Source: Puia sp.
GTDB lineage: Bacteria > Bacteroidota > Bacteroidia > Chitinophagales > Chitinophagaceae
DNA: 64,000 nucleotides
Direction: 5' to 3'
Assembly (NCBI GenBank): GCA_035572015.1
Contig: DATNBP010000189.1
Location: 12,979-76,978 of the forward strand
The notes beneath the pieces are model-generated. The model did not search any database, had not been told where the DNA came from, and was given only the letters and a program-made list of their open reading frames with translations. Of the stretch, positions 38,413-47,424 are shown one piece after another. Numbering within the stretch: the first letter of the stretch is position 1; the number at the start of each line of letters is the position of its first letter. The position numbers were made by a program, and so were the translations under genes.

Positions 38413-39186
38413 CTATTTCTTCTTTTCGGTCACCGCGAGGTATTTTTCCAGCGCCGAGACCATGGAGGGGGCCTGCGGTTGAGGAGCCTTGATATCGAGG
38501 GTAAGGCCTGCTTCTTCCACTGCCCGGGAAGTATTGTTGCCAAAGGCCCCGATCTTGGTCCCGTTCTGCTTGAACTTGGGGTAATTGTCAAAAAGGCTCC
38601 TGACGCCGCTTGGCGTAAAAAAGCAAATGATGGCGTATTCGCTTTGGTGGAGGATATCCTTGACGTCGTTGCTGATCGTGCGGTACATGAAGGGCGTCGC
38701 GAACCCGCAATTGTTCTGCTTCAGCCAGCAGATGATCTCGTTGTCCTGCTGGTTCTCGGAACAGGGATAAAGGAATTTTTCGTTCTCCTTGTGCTTGTTA
38801 ATGACGTCGAACATGCTCTTGTTCAGGCCGTCCGCGCCATAGAACACTTTCCGCTTCCGGTACAGGATGAACTTCTGCAGATACAGCGCGACCGCTTCCG
38901 TGATGCAGAAATACTTGGTGTCCTGGGAAATGCTGATTTTCATCTCCTCGCAAATACGGAAAAAATGGTCGATCGCGTTCCTGCTGGTGAAGATGACTGC
39001 GGTGTATTGAGTGATGTCGATCTTTTGCTTCCGGAAATCCTTGGCTGGAATGGGTTCCAGGCGAATGAAGGGATAAAATGCCAACTCGACGTCATACTTC
39101 TTTGCCAATTCGAAATACGGCGACTTGTCGGTTTCAGGTCTGGGTTGGGTGATTAAAATCTTTTTTTTATCCTCGTTCTTAGTCAT
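38413..39186 (-). CDS. hemD: Uroporphyrinogen-III synthase (Bacteroidota type)
   Basis: ILITQPRP, AVIFTSRNAIDHFF, YLQKFI.YRKRK, FFTPSG. Confidence 0.85.
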   Translation of the reverse strand: MTKNEDKKKILITQPRPETDKSPYFELAKKYDVELAFYPFIRLEPIPAKDFRKQKIDITQYTAVIFTSRNAIDHFFRICEEMKISISQDTKYFCITEAVALYLQKFILYRKRKVFYGADGLNKSMFDVINKHKENEKFLYPCSENQQDNEIICWLKQNNCGFATPFMYRTISNDVKDILHQSEYAIICFFTPSGVRSLFDNYPKFKQNGTKIGAFGNNTSRAVEEAGLTLDIKAPQPQAPSMVSALEKYLAVTEKKK

Positions 39187-39231
39187 GTGTGTGCCCCTCA
39201 GGATTACCGGTATCCGGCCGGTTTTGCAAAG

Positions 39232-40374
39232 TTAATACACTTTTTCCAAATATGTCAATAACACCTTGTAAATCAAGAGCAGGGGTGCTATTTCGAAGGC
39301 GCAAAGGTACAAAAAAAAGTAAAACGGCGTGAGTTTTATTTCATTTCTTACCGGCCGGTAGGAGGCGAGGATCCGGTATCCCCACAGTACGAATATCATT
39401 GCTAATGAGATAGTTATAAAAACCTCCCGCCATTCCTGGCCGGAAAAGATGATCACGATCAGGAAGGGAAGCAGGAAAATTCCCATCATTTTGTTCACCA
39501 GGAAGACGACAAAGATATATACGTCCGTGGCCCGTGAAATGGAAAATACCCACCCGGTAAATTTCAGGACAAGGAATTTGACAAAATAGATCGCCGCGAG
39601 CAGCGCCATGCAGTCGAGGTACAGGACCCAAAAGCGGGCGCCGGCGCCCAGGCTCGAATAATGCAGCAGGAAACAGGCGTATAGCCCCGCGGAAAGAATA
39701 AAAAGGATATTCAGGAGCAGCGAAGGCAGGGGCGTCTGGAGGACCTGTTCCCGGATCTGCTGTTGCCGGAGCGAGACCCGGAAGAACAACGTCAGCAGGT
39801 TATCGAAATATTTCTCGTAGGCCATGCGGACACCGGCGAAATAGAACAGGATGGCCACGATGAGATAGAACAGGCTGTCCTTCGAATTGGGCTGGTGTAC
39901 CTGGAACGGTTCGGCGACGGGCCGTCCGGTAAACGCAAGATAGGGATCGGCTGAAAGTACCTGCTGCCAGTAGACCAGCGTCGGCGGCCCGTTAGCCGCC
40001 GCGGCCTCGTTTCGGGCACCCATGACCGGTGTAGCGGCCGGATCCGGTCCCCGTCCCATGAGGCGACCGCCCGACGAATCCCGCTGACCCGTCAAAGCGC
40101 GACCGCTCAGTGAATCATGCGAGCTCAGCAAAGCGCGACCGCTCAGCGAATCCCGCCGCCGCAACAAGTCACGCCGGCGCAGCGAATCCCTGCGGGCGAT
40201 AAATGCGGAATCGTGCTTGCGGTGATGGACGGTTGCCCTGACGGTCGAATCCTGCGTAGTCCCGGCCGGGACTGCGACTGGTGACGCCGGCAAGGTCGAA
40301 TCGGTCTGCGCTACCGACCGGTGGGCGATGAGGAGGCAGGTCAGCAGGATAATGGAAATTCTGGTCAGGATCAC
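39232..40374 (-). CDS. DUF4271 membrane protein
   Basis: Signal-like N-terminus from GTG 40374, multiple TMs, C-terminal FYFFLYLCAFEIAP, upstream of hemD. Confidence 0.82.
   Translation of the reverse strand: MILTRISIILLTCLLIAHRSVAQTDSTLPASPVAVPAGTTQDSTVRATVHHRKHDSAFIARRDSLRRRDLLRRRDSLSGRALLSSHDSLSGRALTGQRDSSGGRLMGRGPDPAATPVMGARNEAAAANGPPTLVYWQQVLSADPYLAFTGRPVAEPFQVHQPNSKDSLFYLIVAILFYFAGVRMAYEKYFDNLLTLFFRVSLRQQQIREQVLQTPLPSLLLNILFILSAGLYACFLLHYSSLGAGARFWVLYLDCMALLAAIYFVKFLVLKFTGWVFSISRATDVYIFVVFLVNKMMGIFLLPFLIVIIFSGQEWREVFITISLAMIFVLWGYRILASYRPVRNEIKLTPFYFFLYLCAFEIAPLLLIYKVLLTYLEKVY
40075..40195. repeat. Degenerate 18/36-bp coding repeats (RRDSL / DSLSGRAL)
   Basis: CAAAGCGCGACCGCTCAG at 40093-40110 and 40129-40146. 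Confidence 0.7.
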
Positions 40375-40411
40375 GCTTGCTTCATTACGATTACAAAAAT
40401 AGATATCCTCT

Positions 40412-42202
40412 TTAAAAAAAGCTGACATACCCGAGATGAATTTTGGTGTCGTGGAAGTTGAAGGGCAATTCACTCGTCCTGCCCGCCGCCAGCGACATAT
40501 TGAAGATGCCGGCCTTTGTCTCGAAGGCCATACCGAGCCCGGTACCGATAAACAGGCTGTTCAGGTTGTAGTCCGCGACATGGTTGGCGGCCCAGCCCAC
40601 GTCGGTAAAGCAAAACAGGAACGAATTCAGTCCGGTCAGGTATCGGTATTCCAGTGTTCCGACCGCATATTGCGAGGCCAGGATGCTCTGCTCGTCAAAG
40701 CCGCGCAACAGCCGGTAGCCCCCGATCATGAAGAGGTCGTTGCGATAGGTGTTGGGACTGCTGTACACGCCCGCGTTGAATCCCAGCTTGACGGTCGCCG
40801 CCCGCCCGATCGGGAAATAATGAGCGCCGTCGATCCTGACCAGGAACTGAAAGGAGTGAAGCCTGACGGTGTCGTAGAGCGCCGCAAATTTGAAACCGCT
40901 GTCGGAAGCGTCGGTGAGCCCCGCGATAGCCTCGTTCCTGTGGATTGTCTTTGTCCCCGCCGAGCCCAGGAAATTCAGCTCGTTGCCGCGGCGGGGATTG
41001 AAACGGTAGTTCGTGTTGTTGAAGCTATACGTCAACCCCAGGCTGACCGAGCTGATATCCGCTTCAGGCGGCAGCGTGTGCGTCGCGATCACCGCGTTGG
41101 TGTCGACACGCAGCAGGTTGGACGAAGCGAGCTGCAGGAAGACTGAACCGTTCTGGCTGGGCGAAAAAGCATATTGTGCGCCGGCGACAAAATTGATATT
41201 GACATAGCTCGAGTCCTGTTTGTAGAGATCGAAGGAGGTCGTCAGCCCGAAGGGTGAATTGAAAATAAATGGTTCCTGGTACAAAAGATCCAGCCGCGGC
41301 GACCCGGGTTGCAGCTGCTGCCACTCGAACTTCATCGTTTCTCCGTTACCCAGCGCATTTTGCAGGTTGACGGTGGCTTCTCCCGTTACGACGATCTTAT
41401 TGCCCAGCTCGGGGTTGGTACTCGGCAGGAAACCCACCAATGCGTCGATCTGGCTGCTTTTCCTTGGCTTGAGGTAAAGGTTGACGACAGATCCCTCCGC
41501 CAGCATGGTCAGGCTCCAGGGCTGCTGCTCCTGCACATAGGGCAGCTCGAGGATCTTTTTGCTGATCAGCTTCAACCTGTCCTTGCGATAGATACTGCCG
41601 TTCGGGATGCTGAGATACCGTTGCAGGAATTCGTTGGAAATTTTGGCGCTCCCGAAGATCCGGATACTGTCTATCTTATAGAGGGGGCCTTTGTCGACCT
41701 TCAGCATGGCCTTCAGTTGCCCGCTGTCGCTGAGTCCGATGCTGTCCAGGCCCACTTTGGCGAACGGATAGCCGTTGTTCTCCAGATAATCCAGCATGAG
41801 TTGCTGGCGGTACCTGAAAAGCCGCATGTCCATCGGCTTGTCCGTAAAGGCTTTGCCGTTCCATGCTGCCGATGCCAGCAAGGTCGGGTCCGTATGGCGG
41901 GTATCGATCTTCGCCCAGCGCCATACGTCGCCCAGGTACAGCCGAAGAACCGCCGCTTTGTCGCCATAGCCGACACTGTCGATCGAAGCGGCCGCATACC
42001 CCTTTCCCTGCAGCATGGGCAACAGCCCATCGACATATTGCACGCAGGCTTCCCGGGACCGGAACGAGGTCGCCAGTCCCAACTGCCGCTTTACGGTTCC
42101 GGAGTCCTTATCGACGGAGAGGACGCGCAGGCTGTACTGAGCGCTTCCGCATATCGGAAGGACCAGCAGGAGCATCCAGAGCAGCCGGCAGTTTTGGAAC
42201 AT
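40412..42202 (-). CDS. Omp85/TamA-like outer membrane protein (POTRA plus beta-barrel)
   Basis: ENNGYPFA POTRA motif, NALGNGE, IGGYRLLRGFDE, C-terminal F. Confidence 0.85.
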   Translation of the reverse strand: MFQNCRLLWMLLLVLPICGSAQYSLRVLSVDKDSGTVKRQLGLATSFRSREACVQYVDGLLPMLQGKGYAAASIDSVGYGDKAAVLRLYLGDVWRWAKIDTRHTDPTLLASAAWNGKAFTDKPMDMRLFRYRQQLMLDYLENNGYPFAKVGLDSIGLSDSGQLKAMLKVDKGPLYKIDSIRIFGSAKISNEFLQRYLSIPNGSIYRKDRLKLISKKILELPYVQEQQPWSLTMLAEGSVVNLYLKPRKSSQIDALVGFLPSTNPELGNKIVVTGEATVNLQNALGNGETMKFEWQQLQPGSPRLDLLYQEPFIFNSPFGLTTSFDLYKQDSSYVNINFVAGAQYAFSPSQNGSVFLQLASSNLLRVDTNAVIATHTLPPEADISSVSLGLTYSFNNTNYRFNPRRGNELNFLGSAGTKTIHRNEAIAGLTDASDSGFKFAALYDTVRLHSFQFLVRIDGAHYFPIGRAATVKLGFNAGVYSSPNTYRNDLFMIGGYRLLRGFDEQSILASQYAVGTLEYRYLTGLNSFLFCFTDVGWAANHVADYNLNSLFIGTGLGMAFETKAGIFNMSLAAGRTSELPFNFHDTKIHLGYVSFF

Positions 42203-42229
42203 TAGCTACATTTGTATTAGAATTCACGA

Positions 42230-43411
42230 ATGGCTGGCATCTATCTCCATATTCCTTTCTGCAGGCAGGCCTGCCATTACTGTAACTTCCATTTTTCCAC
42301 GTCCTTACGCCATAGGAACGATTTTGTTCCCGCTTTATTGAAGGAAATGGAATCACGGGCCGATTATCTCGCCAATGCCCCAGTGGATACGGTCTATTTC
42401 GGCGGCGGCACCCCTTCCCTGCTCGACCCGGATGACCTGGCCGGTATTGTCGACCGCATCGGACGGCTTTTTGCGCTCTCCGCGGACGCGGAGGTCACCC
42501 TGGAGGCCAACCCGGACGATATGACGGCCCGGGGACGGGTCCGCGACTGGCGGTCGGCGGGGATCAACCGGCTGAGCATCGGGGTCCAGTCCTTCTTCGA
42601 GGAAGACTTGCGCTGGATGAACCGCGCGCACAACGCCGCGCAGGCTGAAGACGCCATCCGGCTGGCCGGCGAGGAAGGGATCGACGATCTCAGCATCGAC
42701 CTCATCTATGGCGGGCCAACCCTGCCCGACCGCCACTGGGAGGCCAACGTCACCCGGGCGATCGCCTGGCGGATCCCGCATATATCCTGTTATGCGCTGA
42801 CCGTGGAACCCCGCACCGCGCTCGATTCCCTGATCCGGGCGCACCGGGTCCGGGACGTGGATACCGGCGACCAGGCCCGGCAATTCCTGCTGCTGATGGA
42901 ATGGATGGAAAAGGCAGGGTACGAGCAATATGAGATCTCCAATTTCGCCCGGCCCGGCCGCCGGAGCCGGCATAATTCCTCCTACTGGCGGGGCGTTCCC
43001 TACCTCGGCCTGGGCCCCTCCGCCCACTCGTTCGATGGGAAGTCGCGGCAGTGGAACGTGGCCAACAACGCGGCTTACCTGGAAGCGATGGAAGCCGGCC
43101 GGCCGGCTGTCGAAGAAAGGGAATGGCTGACGCCCGTCCAGCAGCTCAATGAATACATCATGACTTCCCTTCGGACGCTGGAAGGCCTCGACCTCGGTTC
43201 CGTGGACCGGCGGTTCGGCCGGTCGGCGGCGGCAGGCCTGCTGGAGCGTGCCGGACGCTATATCGCCGGCGGCAAAATGGTGAAAACGGCCAACCTGGTG
43301 CTGACAACGGAAGGGAAACTGCTGGCGGACGGGATAGCGGCGGACCTGTTCTTTAGTGATGGCGGTGGCGGGCGCGAAGATATTGGACCCCCTGCGCAAC
43401 CGAGAGGATGA
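42230..43411 (+). CDS. hemW: Radical SAM heme chaperone HemW
   Basis: YLHIPFCRQACHYCNF, YFGGGTPS, LEANP, YEISNFA, HNSSYW. Confidence 0.92.
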   Translation: MAGIYLHIPFCRQACHYCNFHFSTSLRHRNDFVPALLKEMESRADYLANAPVDTVYFGGGTPSLLDPDDLAGIVDRIGRLFALSADAEVTLEANPDDMTARGRVRDWRSAGINRLSIGVQSFFEEDLRWMNRAHNAAQAEDAIRLAGEEGIDDLSIDLIYGGPTLPDRHWEANVTRAIAWRIPHISCYALTVEPRTALDSLIRAHRVRDVDTGDQARQFLLLMEWMEKAGYEQYEISNFARPGRRSRHNSSYWRGVPYLGLGPSAHSFDGKSRQWNVANNAAYLEAMEAGRPAVEEREWLTPVQQLNEYIMTSLRTLEGLDLGSVDRRFGRSAAAGLLERAGRYIAGGKMVKTANLVLTTEGKLLADGIAADLFFSDGGGGREDIGPPAQPRG

Positions 43412-43463
43412 TCACCATCGCGAGGATGGCCATGGGTCCGAAGCCTTGAAAGGAGAGAGGCAT
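43353..43463 (-). CDS. Unannotated 36-aa single-TM microprotein MPLSFQGFGPMAILAMVIILSVAQGVQYLRARHRHH
   Basis: ATG 43463 lies 16 nt past the gpsA stop in AT-rich context. Hydrophobic core, basic/His tail, TAA at 43353. Confidence 0.55.
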   Translation of the reverse strand: MPLSFQGFGPMAILAMVIILSVAQGVQYLRARHRHH

Positions 43464-43479
43464 AAATTCGCTTTATATA

Positions 43480-44514
43480 TTAGACAAGGTACGACTCAAT
43501 TTGTTTCATTCCCAGCGCAGCATTAACATTTTCCCACAAGATGCGGTAGATCATCTCCGCGATCGGCATTTCCGCACCTATGTCTTTGTTTCTCAAATAG
43601 ATACATTTACTGGCATTAAAACCTTCCGCCACCATGTTCAATTCCAGCTGCGCCGCCTTTACCGAATATCCTTTTCCGATCATGTTCCCGAAGGTCCGGT
43701 TGCGGCTATAGAGGGAATAACAGGTCACCAGCAGGTCACCCAGGTAAACCGAAGCCGCATAGTTCGCGCTCCTCTTTTGCGCCGACCCGTCACCACTGTG
43801 GACCCCCACCTCGATATGGTGGATCCCCAACTTGCGCAAGAACCCGGCCATTTCGTCTGCACAGTTGGCGATCAGCACGCTGAGGAAATTATCGCCGTAT
43901 TCCAGCCCGTGGGCGATGCCCGCCCCGAGCGCATAAATGTTCTTGAGGATGGCCGCAAACTGTACCCCATAGACATCCTGGTTCACGACGGTATTCAGGT
44001 AGTCCGTCCTAAAACACTCCGCCAGTTCCCTGGTCGCCGCCTCCTCCTGCCCCGAAAAGGTCAGGTAAGAGAGCTTCTCCGCCGCGACCTCTTCCGCATG
44101 ACAAGGTCCCATGACGGTGAAGTACTCGCGGAGGTCGAATCCGAATTCCGAGCCGAGCCATTCGTTCAAAAGGAGGTTCTGTTCCGGCAAAATTCCCTTG
44201 ATCGCCGACAGGACCTTCTTCCCGCGTAATGCACCCCGATCAAGCCCTTCCAGCGTCGCGGCCATATAGGCTGAAGGAACCGCCATGACCAACACATCCG
44301 AAGCCGCGATGACGCCGGCCACATCGTCGCTCAGCCCGAGCAGGCCGATATCGAAATTGACGGAAGACAGATATTGAGGATTGTGCCGCCTGGTCCGCAG
44401 ATGCCGGATGATGGCCTCGTTCCGGATCCACCAATTGATCCGGTTCCGGTTGTCGGTAAGGATCTTGGCCAGTGCCGTAGCCCAGCTTCCGCTGCCTATC
44501 ACTCCAAAACGCAT
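43480..44514 (-). CDS. gpsA: NAD(P)H-dependent glycerol-3-phosphate dehydrogenase
   Basis: IGSGSWATA, MGPCHAEE, LKNIYA, YLGDLLVTC, SRNR, VAEG. Confidence 0.94.
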   Translation of the reverse strand: MRFGVIGSGSWATALAKILTDNRNRINWWIRNEAIIRHLRTRRHNPQYLSSVNFDIGLLGLSDDVAGVIAASDVLVMAVPSAYMAATLEGLDRGALRGKKVLSAIKGILPEQNLLLNEWLGSEFGFDLREYFTVMGPCHAEEVAAEKLSYLTFSGQEEAATRELAECFRTDYLNTVVNQDVYGVQFAAILKNIYALGAGIAHGLEYGDNFLSVLIANCADEMAGFLRKLGIHHIEVGVHSGDGSAQKRSANYAASVYLGDLLVTCYSLYSRNRTFGNMIGKGYSVKAAQLELNMVAEGFNASKCIYLRNKDIGAEMPIAEMIYRILWENVNAALGMKQIESYLV

Positions 44515-44540
44515 GATTGTCCGGTTTTCAGGTTCCCGTA

Positions 44541-45944
44541 TCAATTCTTGTTCCCCTCGAACAATTTGTCTTTTGGTACGACCTTGATGCGAACCCCGCT
44601 CTTCAGGGTTTTGCTGACCACGCTGTACGGCCCGGTCACGACCATGTCGCCTTCCTTTAGGCCGTCCTTGATCTCGATATAATTGATATCCTGGATATCG
44701 GTGTGCACCTTCATTTTTTTAACCGAATCCGCCGAGACGATAAAGACGACTTCGTCGAGGTCGCCGCCCGCAGATTTGGCAACGGTTGTGTTATCGCCGT
44801 TGTTATCGCCGTTGTTATCGCCGGAATTATTATCCCCGGACTCGCCGCTCCCCAGCACCGGGTTGTCGGTATTCTTCTCCCTCGTCGCGACCGCGTTGAT
44901 CGGCACGGAGAGCACGTCGCTATGGGTGCGGGTCTGGATATCCGCGCTGGCGCTCATGCCCGGCCGGAAGGGAAAATGCCGCGGATGCTTCGGATCGATG
45001 AGATCTTTGTACGAGTCCGGCGACAGCCGGATATGCACCTTGTAGTTAGTGACATCGTTGGTGGACACCGTTGTCGTGGATCCGGTTGAAGTCGTGACGC
45101 TGCTGGCGATCTGGGTGACGATGCCGCGGAATTTCCGGTTGTTATAGGCATCCACCTCGATCAGCGCCGTATCCCCCAATTGCACCTTGGGAATGTCGTT
45201 CTCGCCGACATCCACGATAGCTTCGATCTTGCTCATATCGGCCACGCGCATCATTTCGGTACCGGCCATCATGGAATTACCCACGACCCTTTCCCCCTTT
45301 TTGATGCTGAGCAGGGACACCACGCCGTCGATGGGCGAGACGACCGTAGTCCGGCTCAGGTTCTTTGCGGCAATATCGAGGTTGGCGCGGGCGCTGGCGA
45401 CCCCCGCCACATTCCCTTTCACGTTTTGCAGTGCCGCCAGGTAATTCGCCTGCGCGGTCAGGTAAGTCGCCTGGGCGGTCTCGTATTCCGATTGGGAGAC
45501 GACCTTTTGATCGAGCAGTTGCTTTTCGCGGTCGAGGGCCCTCTTGTCAGTCTCCATCGTGGCCTTGAGCCCGGGCAGGGTCTCGTTCAGGTTGGACACC
45601 ATGGCTTCCTGCTGGTCCATCTGTGCGGCGGCCTGGTTCCGTTGATTGGTATAGATATCCGCGTATATTCTCGCGAGCATCTGTCCTTTGTGGACGCTGT
45701 CGCCTTCCTGGGTGACGCCCAGTTCCACGACCTCTCCCGATATATCGGGGCTGATCTTGACCTCTTTCTCCGGGTAGATCTTACCGCTGGCAGAGACGAT
45801 CTCAGTGATGTTGCGTCGGATCGCCTTTTCGGCGGAGACCTTGATGCCGTCGGCCTTGCCGATCCAGCCCGCACTCTTGGCGAGGACGAGGAAACCGATA
45901 ATGACAACAACCACTATAATGATCCGGAGGAGTAGCTTATTCAT
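44541..45944 (-). CDS. Efflux periplasmic adaptor (MacA/HlyD-like MFP)
   Basis: VSASGKIYPEKEVKISPDISGEV, SPIDGVV, VGENDI, RPGMSA. Confidence 0.9.
   Translation of the reverse strand: MNKLLLRIIIVVVVIIGFLVLAKSAGWIGKADGIKVSAEKAIRRNITEIVSASGKIYPEKEVKISPDISGEVVELGVTQEGDSVHKGQMLARIYADIYTNQRNQAAAQMDQQEAMVSNLNETLPGLKATMETDKRALDREKQLLDQKVVSQSEYETAQATYLTAQANYLAALQNVKGNVAGVASARANLDIAAKNLSRTTVVSPIDGVVSLLSIKKGERVVGNSMMAGTEMMRVADMSKIEAIVDVGENDIPKVQLGDTALIEVDAYNNRKFRGIVTQIASSVTTSTGSTTTVSTNDVTNYKVHIRLSPDSYKDLIDPKHPRHFPFRPGMSASADIQTRTHSDVLSVPINAVATREKNTDNPVLGSGESGDNNSGDNNGDNNGDNTTVAKSAGGDLDEVVFIVSADSVKKMKVHTDIQDINYIEIKDGLKEGDMVVTGPYSVVSKTLKSGVRIKVVPKDKLFEGNKN
44789..44823. repeat. 12-bp coding tandem repeat, about 3 copies (GDNN)
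   Basis: TGTTATCGCCGT repeated. Confidence 0.85.
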
Positions 45945-45956
45945 GTTGCAATTTAT

Positions 45957-47402
45957 TCATTTTGTAAGTCGAATGCCCATACCCTTGTAGTACTCCAGGA
46001 CTTTCATCTTGAAGACATAGTCGAACTGGTCGTAGATCAGGTTCACTTTGGCATTGAAATAATTGTTTTGATTAGTCAGCAGGTCGATCGTGTTGCTCAT
46101 ACCGACATTGTATCTCTTCTGCGCAAAGTCGTAGCTTTTCTGGGTAGCGGTCAGCGTGATCTTTTGCGCCTCGTACTTTTCCAGTGCGGCGACTGCCAGA
46201 TTATATGCCTGGTAGATATTGGATTTCAGGGTTAGATTGTCCTGGTCGCGGGTCAGCTCGATATTGCGGAGATTGAGCCGGGACTTTTCATAGTTTGTCC
46301 GCAGCGTGCCCTGGTTGAAGATGGGTACCTGGATGGAAAGGCCGACTGTCTGCGCGAAATAGTTGTTCAATTGCGTAAAATAGTGGACGGGAGGTACGGT
46401 AGAGAAGTTATACCCCTTGACGACTGGCCCCAGCACGCCTGCATTCGACCCGGCGACATGACCTATCGTATCCGTTCCCATAACCGGCGTCCCAACCTGC
46501 TGGGGCGTATTGATATAGTTGGTCCCGAGACTGCCAAACACCGAAACGGTCGGCATCATGGCCCCTTTTGCCGCACGCATGAGTTCCGTGTACCCCCGGA
46601 TATTCAGCGCATCCATTTTTTGCTGCGGCTGATGCGTCAACGCCAGCTCGTAGACCGCATCCGGCTGGAGATTCGCCAGTTGCTCGATCGGTATCTGGTC
46701 GATGGGCGGCGTATCGACCTCGAAAGGCGTCGCCGCATCCAGATCCATGAGGGCTTTGAGCGTAAACACGGCCTGAATGGCATTACTCTTGGCAATCACA
46801 TAATTAGAACTGTCCTGCGCCACCTGCGATTCCAACTCCGCGGCGTTCAGTTCGGGAAGTGTTCCTGCGAAGACTTGCTTACGGGTGATCTGTAGCTGAT
46901 TCTGGGACAGCTGTAGTTGTAACTGTGCGGCCTGTGCCGTCTGGTCAAGCAGCAACACCTGAAGATAGTCGTTGGCCACACTCAGCGAAATATTGTTGAT
47001 CAGCAATTCCGAGTTGGCCAGCATGGCCTGCCAGGCGTAACGGCTGGCGTCGATGGTCCGCTGAATGTTGAAACCATTGAATACGACGACGCTGGATTGT
47101 AATGAGAGGTTATTGTAAAGCGAAGTCTGGGTATTGAGGGTAAAGGAGGTCGGGTTCTGACTTCTGCCTGCTGTCAGGTCTACGCTGCTCCCGAAACCCA
47201 GCGTCGGAATACGCAGTAGTCGCGACTGCGTGTACGTAAGTTTGCTTAACCGGGCCTGGATATCTGCCTGCTTGATACTGATATTGTTGGCGACCGCATA
47301 AGTCACGCAACGCTGCAGGTCCCACTTGTCCTGGGCACGGCTGGCTTCGGTTAACAGGAATAAGGATATGGATAGGAAAAGGAAATGCTTTTTCTTACTC
47401 AT
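45957..47402 (-). CDS. tolC: TolC-family outer membrane efflux protein
   Basis: Signal peptide, WDLQRCVTYAVANN, two OEP repeats, KRYNVGMSNTIDL. Confidence 0.9.
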   Translation of the reverse strand: MSKKKHFLFLSISLFLLTEASRAQDKWDLQRCVTYAVANNISIKQADIQARLSKLTYTQSRLLRIPTLGFGSSVDLTAGRSQNPTSFTLNTQTSLYNNLSLQSSVVVFNGFNIQRTIDASRYAWQAMLANSELLINNISLSVANDYLQVLLLDQTAQAAQLQLQLSQNQLQITRKQVFAGTLPELNAAELESQVAQDSSNYVIAKSNAIQAVFTLKALMDLDAATPFEVDTPPIDQIPIEQLANLQPDAVYELALTHQPQQKMDALNIRGYTELMRAAKGAMMPTVSVFGSLGTNYINTPQQVGTPVMGTDTIGHVAGSNAGVLGPVVKGYNFSTVPPVHYFTQLNNYFAQTVGLSIQVPIFNQGTLRTNYEKSRLNLRNIELTRDQDNLTLKSNIYQAYNLAVAALEKYEAQKITLTATQKSYDFAQKRYNVGMSNTIDLLTNQNNYFNAKVNLIYDQFDYVFKMKVLEYYKGMGIRLTK

Positions 47403-47424
47403 GCGACAAATTTATAATAATTTT

